NCBI GenBank assembly: GCA_947259115.1
Contig: CAMYKS010000010.1
Location: forward strand, 41,236-105,235
Direction: 5' to 3'
Origin: an uncultured Desulfobulbaceae bacterium
GTDB taxonomy: Bacteria > Desulfobacterota > Desulfobulbia > Desulfobulbales > BM004
Length of the DNA stretch: 64,000 nucleotides
Position numbers and translations under genes: made by a program. Shown here piece after piece: positions 63,997-64,000 of the stretch (its first letter is position 1; every line of letters starts with the position of its first letter). Under the pieces are notes generated by a model. The model searched no databases. It was given only the letters and a program-made list of their open reading frames with translations, and was not told the origin of the DNA.

Positions 63997-64000
63997 AAAA

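Noticed and set aside
56523-64000. The octamer tandem repeats, considered as a possible CRISPR array or VNTR-coding sequence.
   Set aside because: The 8-bp units have no spacers, so they cannot be CRISPR repeats. They lie outside ORFs, and I reported them as G-quadruplex-type simple repeats instead.

Overview
This window looks like chromosomal DNA from a Desulfobacterota-type (deltaproteobacterial) anaerobe. That placement is an inference from gene content only: multiheme cytochromes, selB, cdaA-cdaR-glmM, lpxI, TMTC-like TPR proteins. All identifications rest on motif and family recognition by eye, and no searches were run.

The left ~17 kb is the interesting accessory part. It is a minus-strand locus centred on a six-heme c-type cytochrome (7336..8409) whose motif order matches Geobacter OmcS, the nanowire-forming cytochrome. 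This includes the His after heme motif 1 that cross-links OmcS subunits. The gene has its own sigma54-type promoter and an intrinsic terminator.

Its neighbours are:
- a SPOR-SPOR-NHL beta-propeller protein;
- two tandem 12-heme cytochromes;
- a large predicted outer-membrane beta-barrel with a soluble insert;
- three proteins sharing one CsgG/LpoB-like domain, two of them lipoproteins;
- a SurA/PpiD-like parvulin chaperone.
Two tandem TMTC-like GT-C/TPR membrane proteins are transcribed divergently from this locus.

The rest of the window is mostly housekeeping: prc, recB-recD (no recC), a nitroreductase, cdaA-cdaR-glmM, a GT39/TPR protein, an aminotransferase, a DjlA-like protein, ftsY, hsp20-lon, mrp, an MBL hydrolase, selB, hflX, a rhodanese, dgkA, a ferredoxin, pyrE, glmS, a sugar dehydrogenase, a NamZ-like protein, lpxD-fabZ-lpxA-lpxI and a MurU-like nucleotidyltransferase.

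Oddities outside the cytochrome locus:
- an IspH::UbiA-like fusion;
- a stand-alone protein with tandem MshEN-type motifs;
- a ~160-190 nt repeat present twice, with a nested short motif that also flanks recBD;
- a DUF4143 ATPase gene with a perfect 22-bp palindrome over a leaderless promoter, next to a truncated OMP gene;
- GGGG-YCAA octamer tandem repeats (G-quadruplex motifs) just after two stop codons;
- a 56-aa zinc-ribbon ORF missed by the ORF track.

I recognised no rRNA, tRNA, CRISPR array or transposase.
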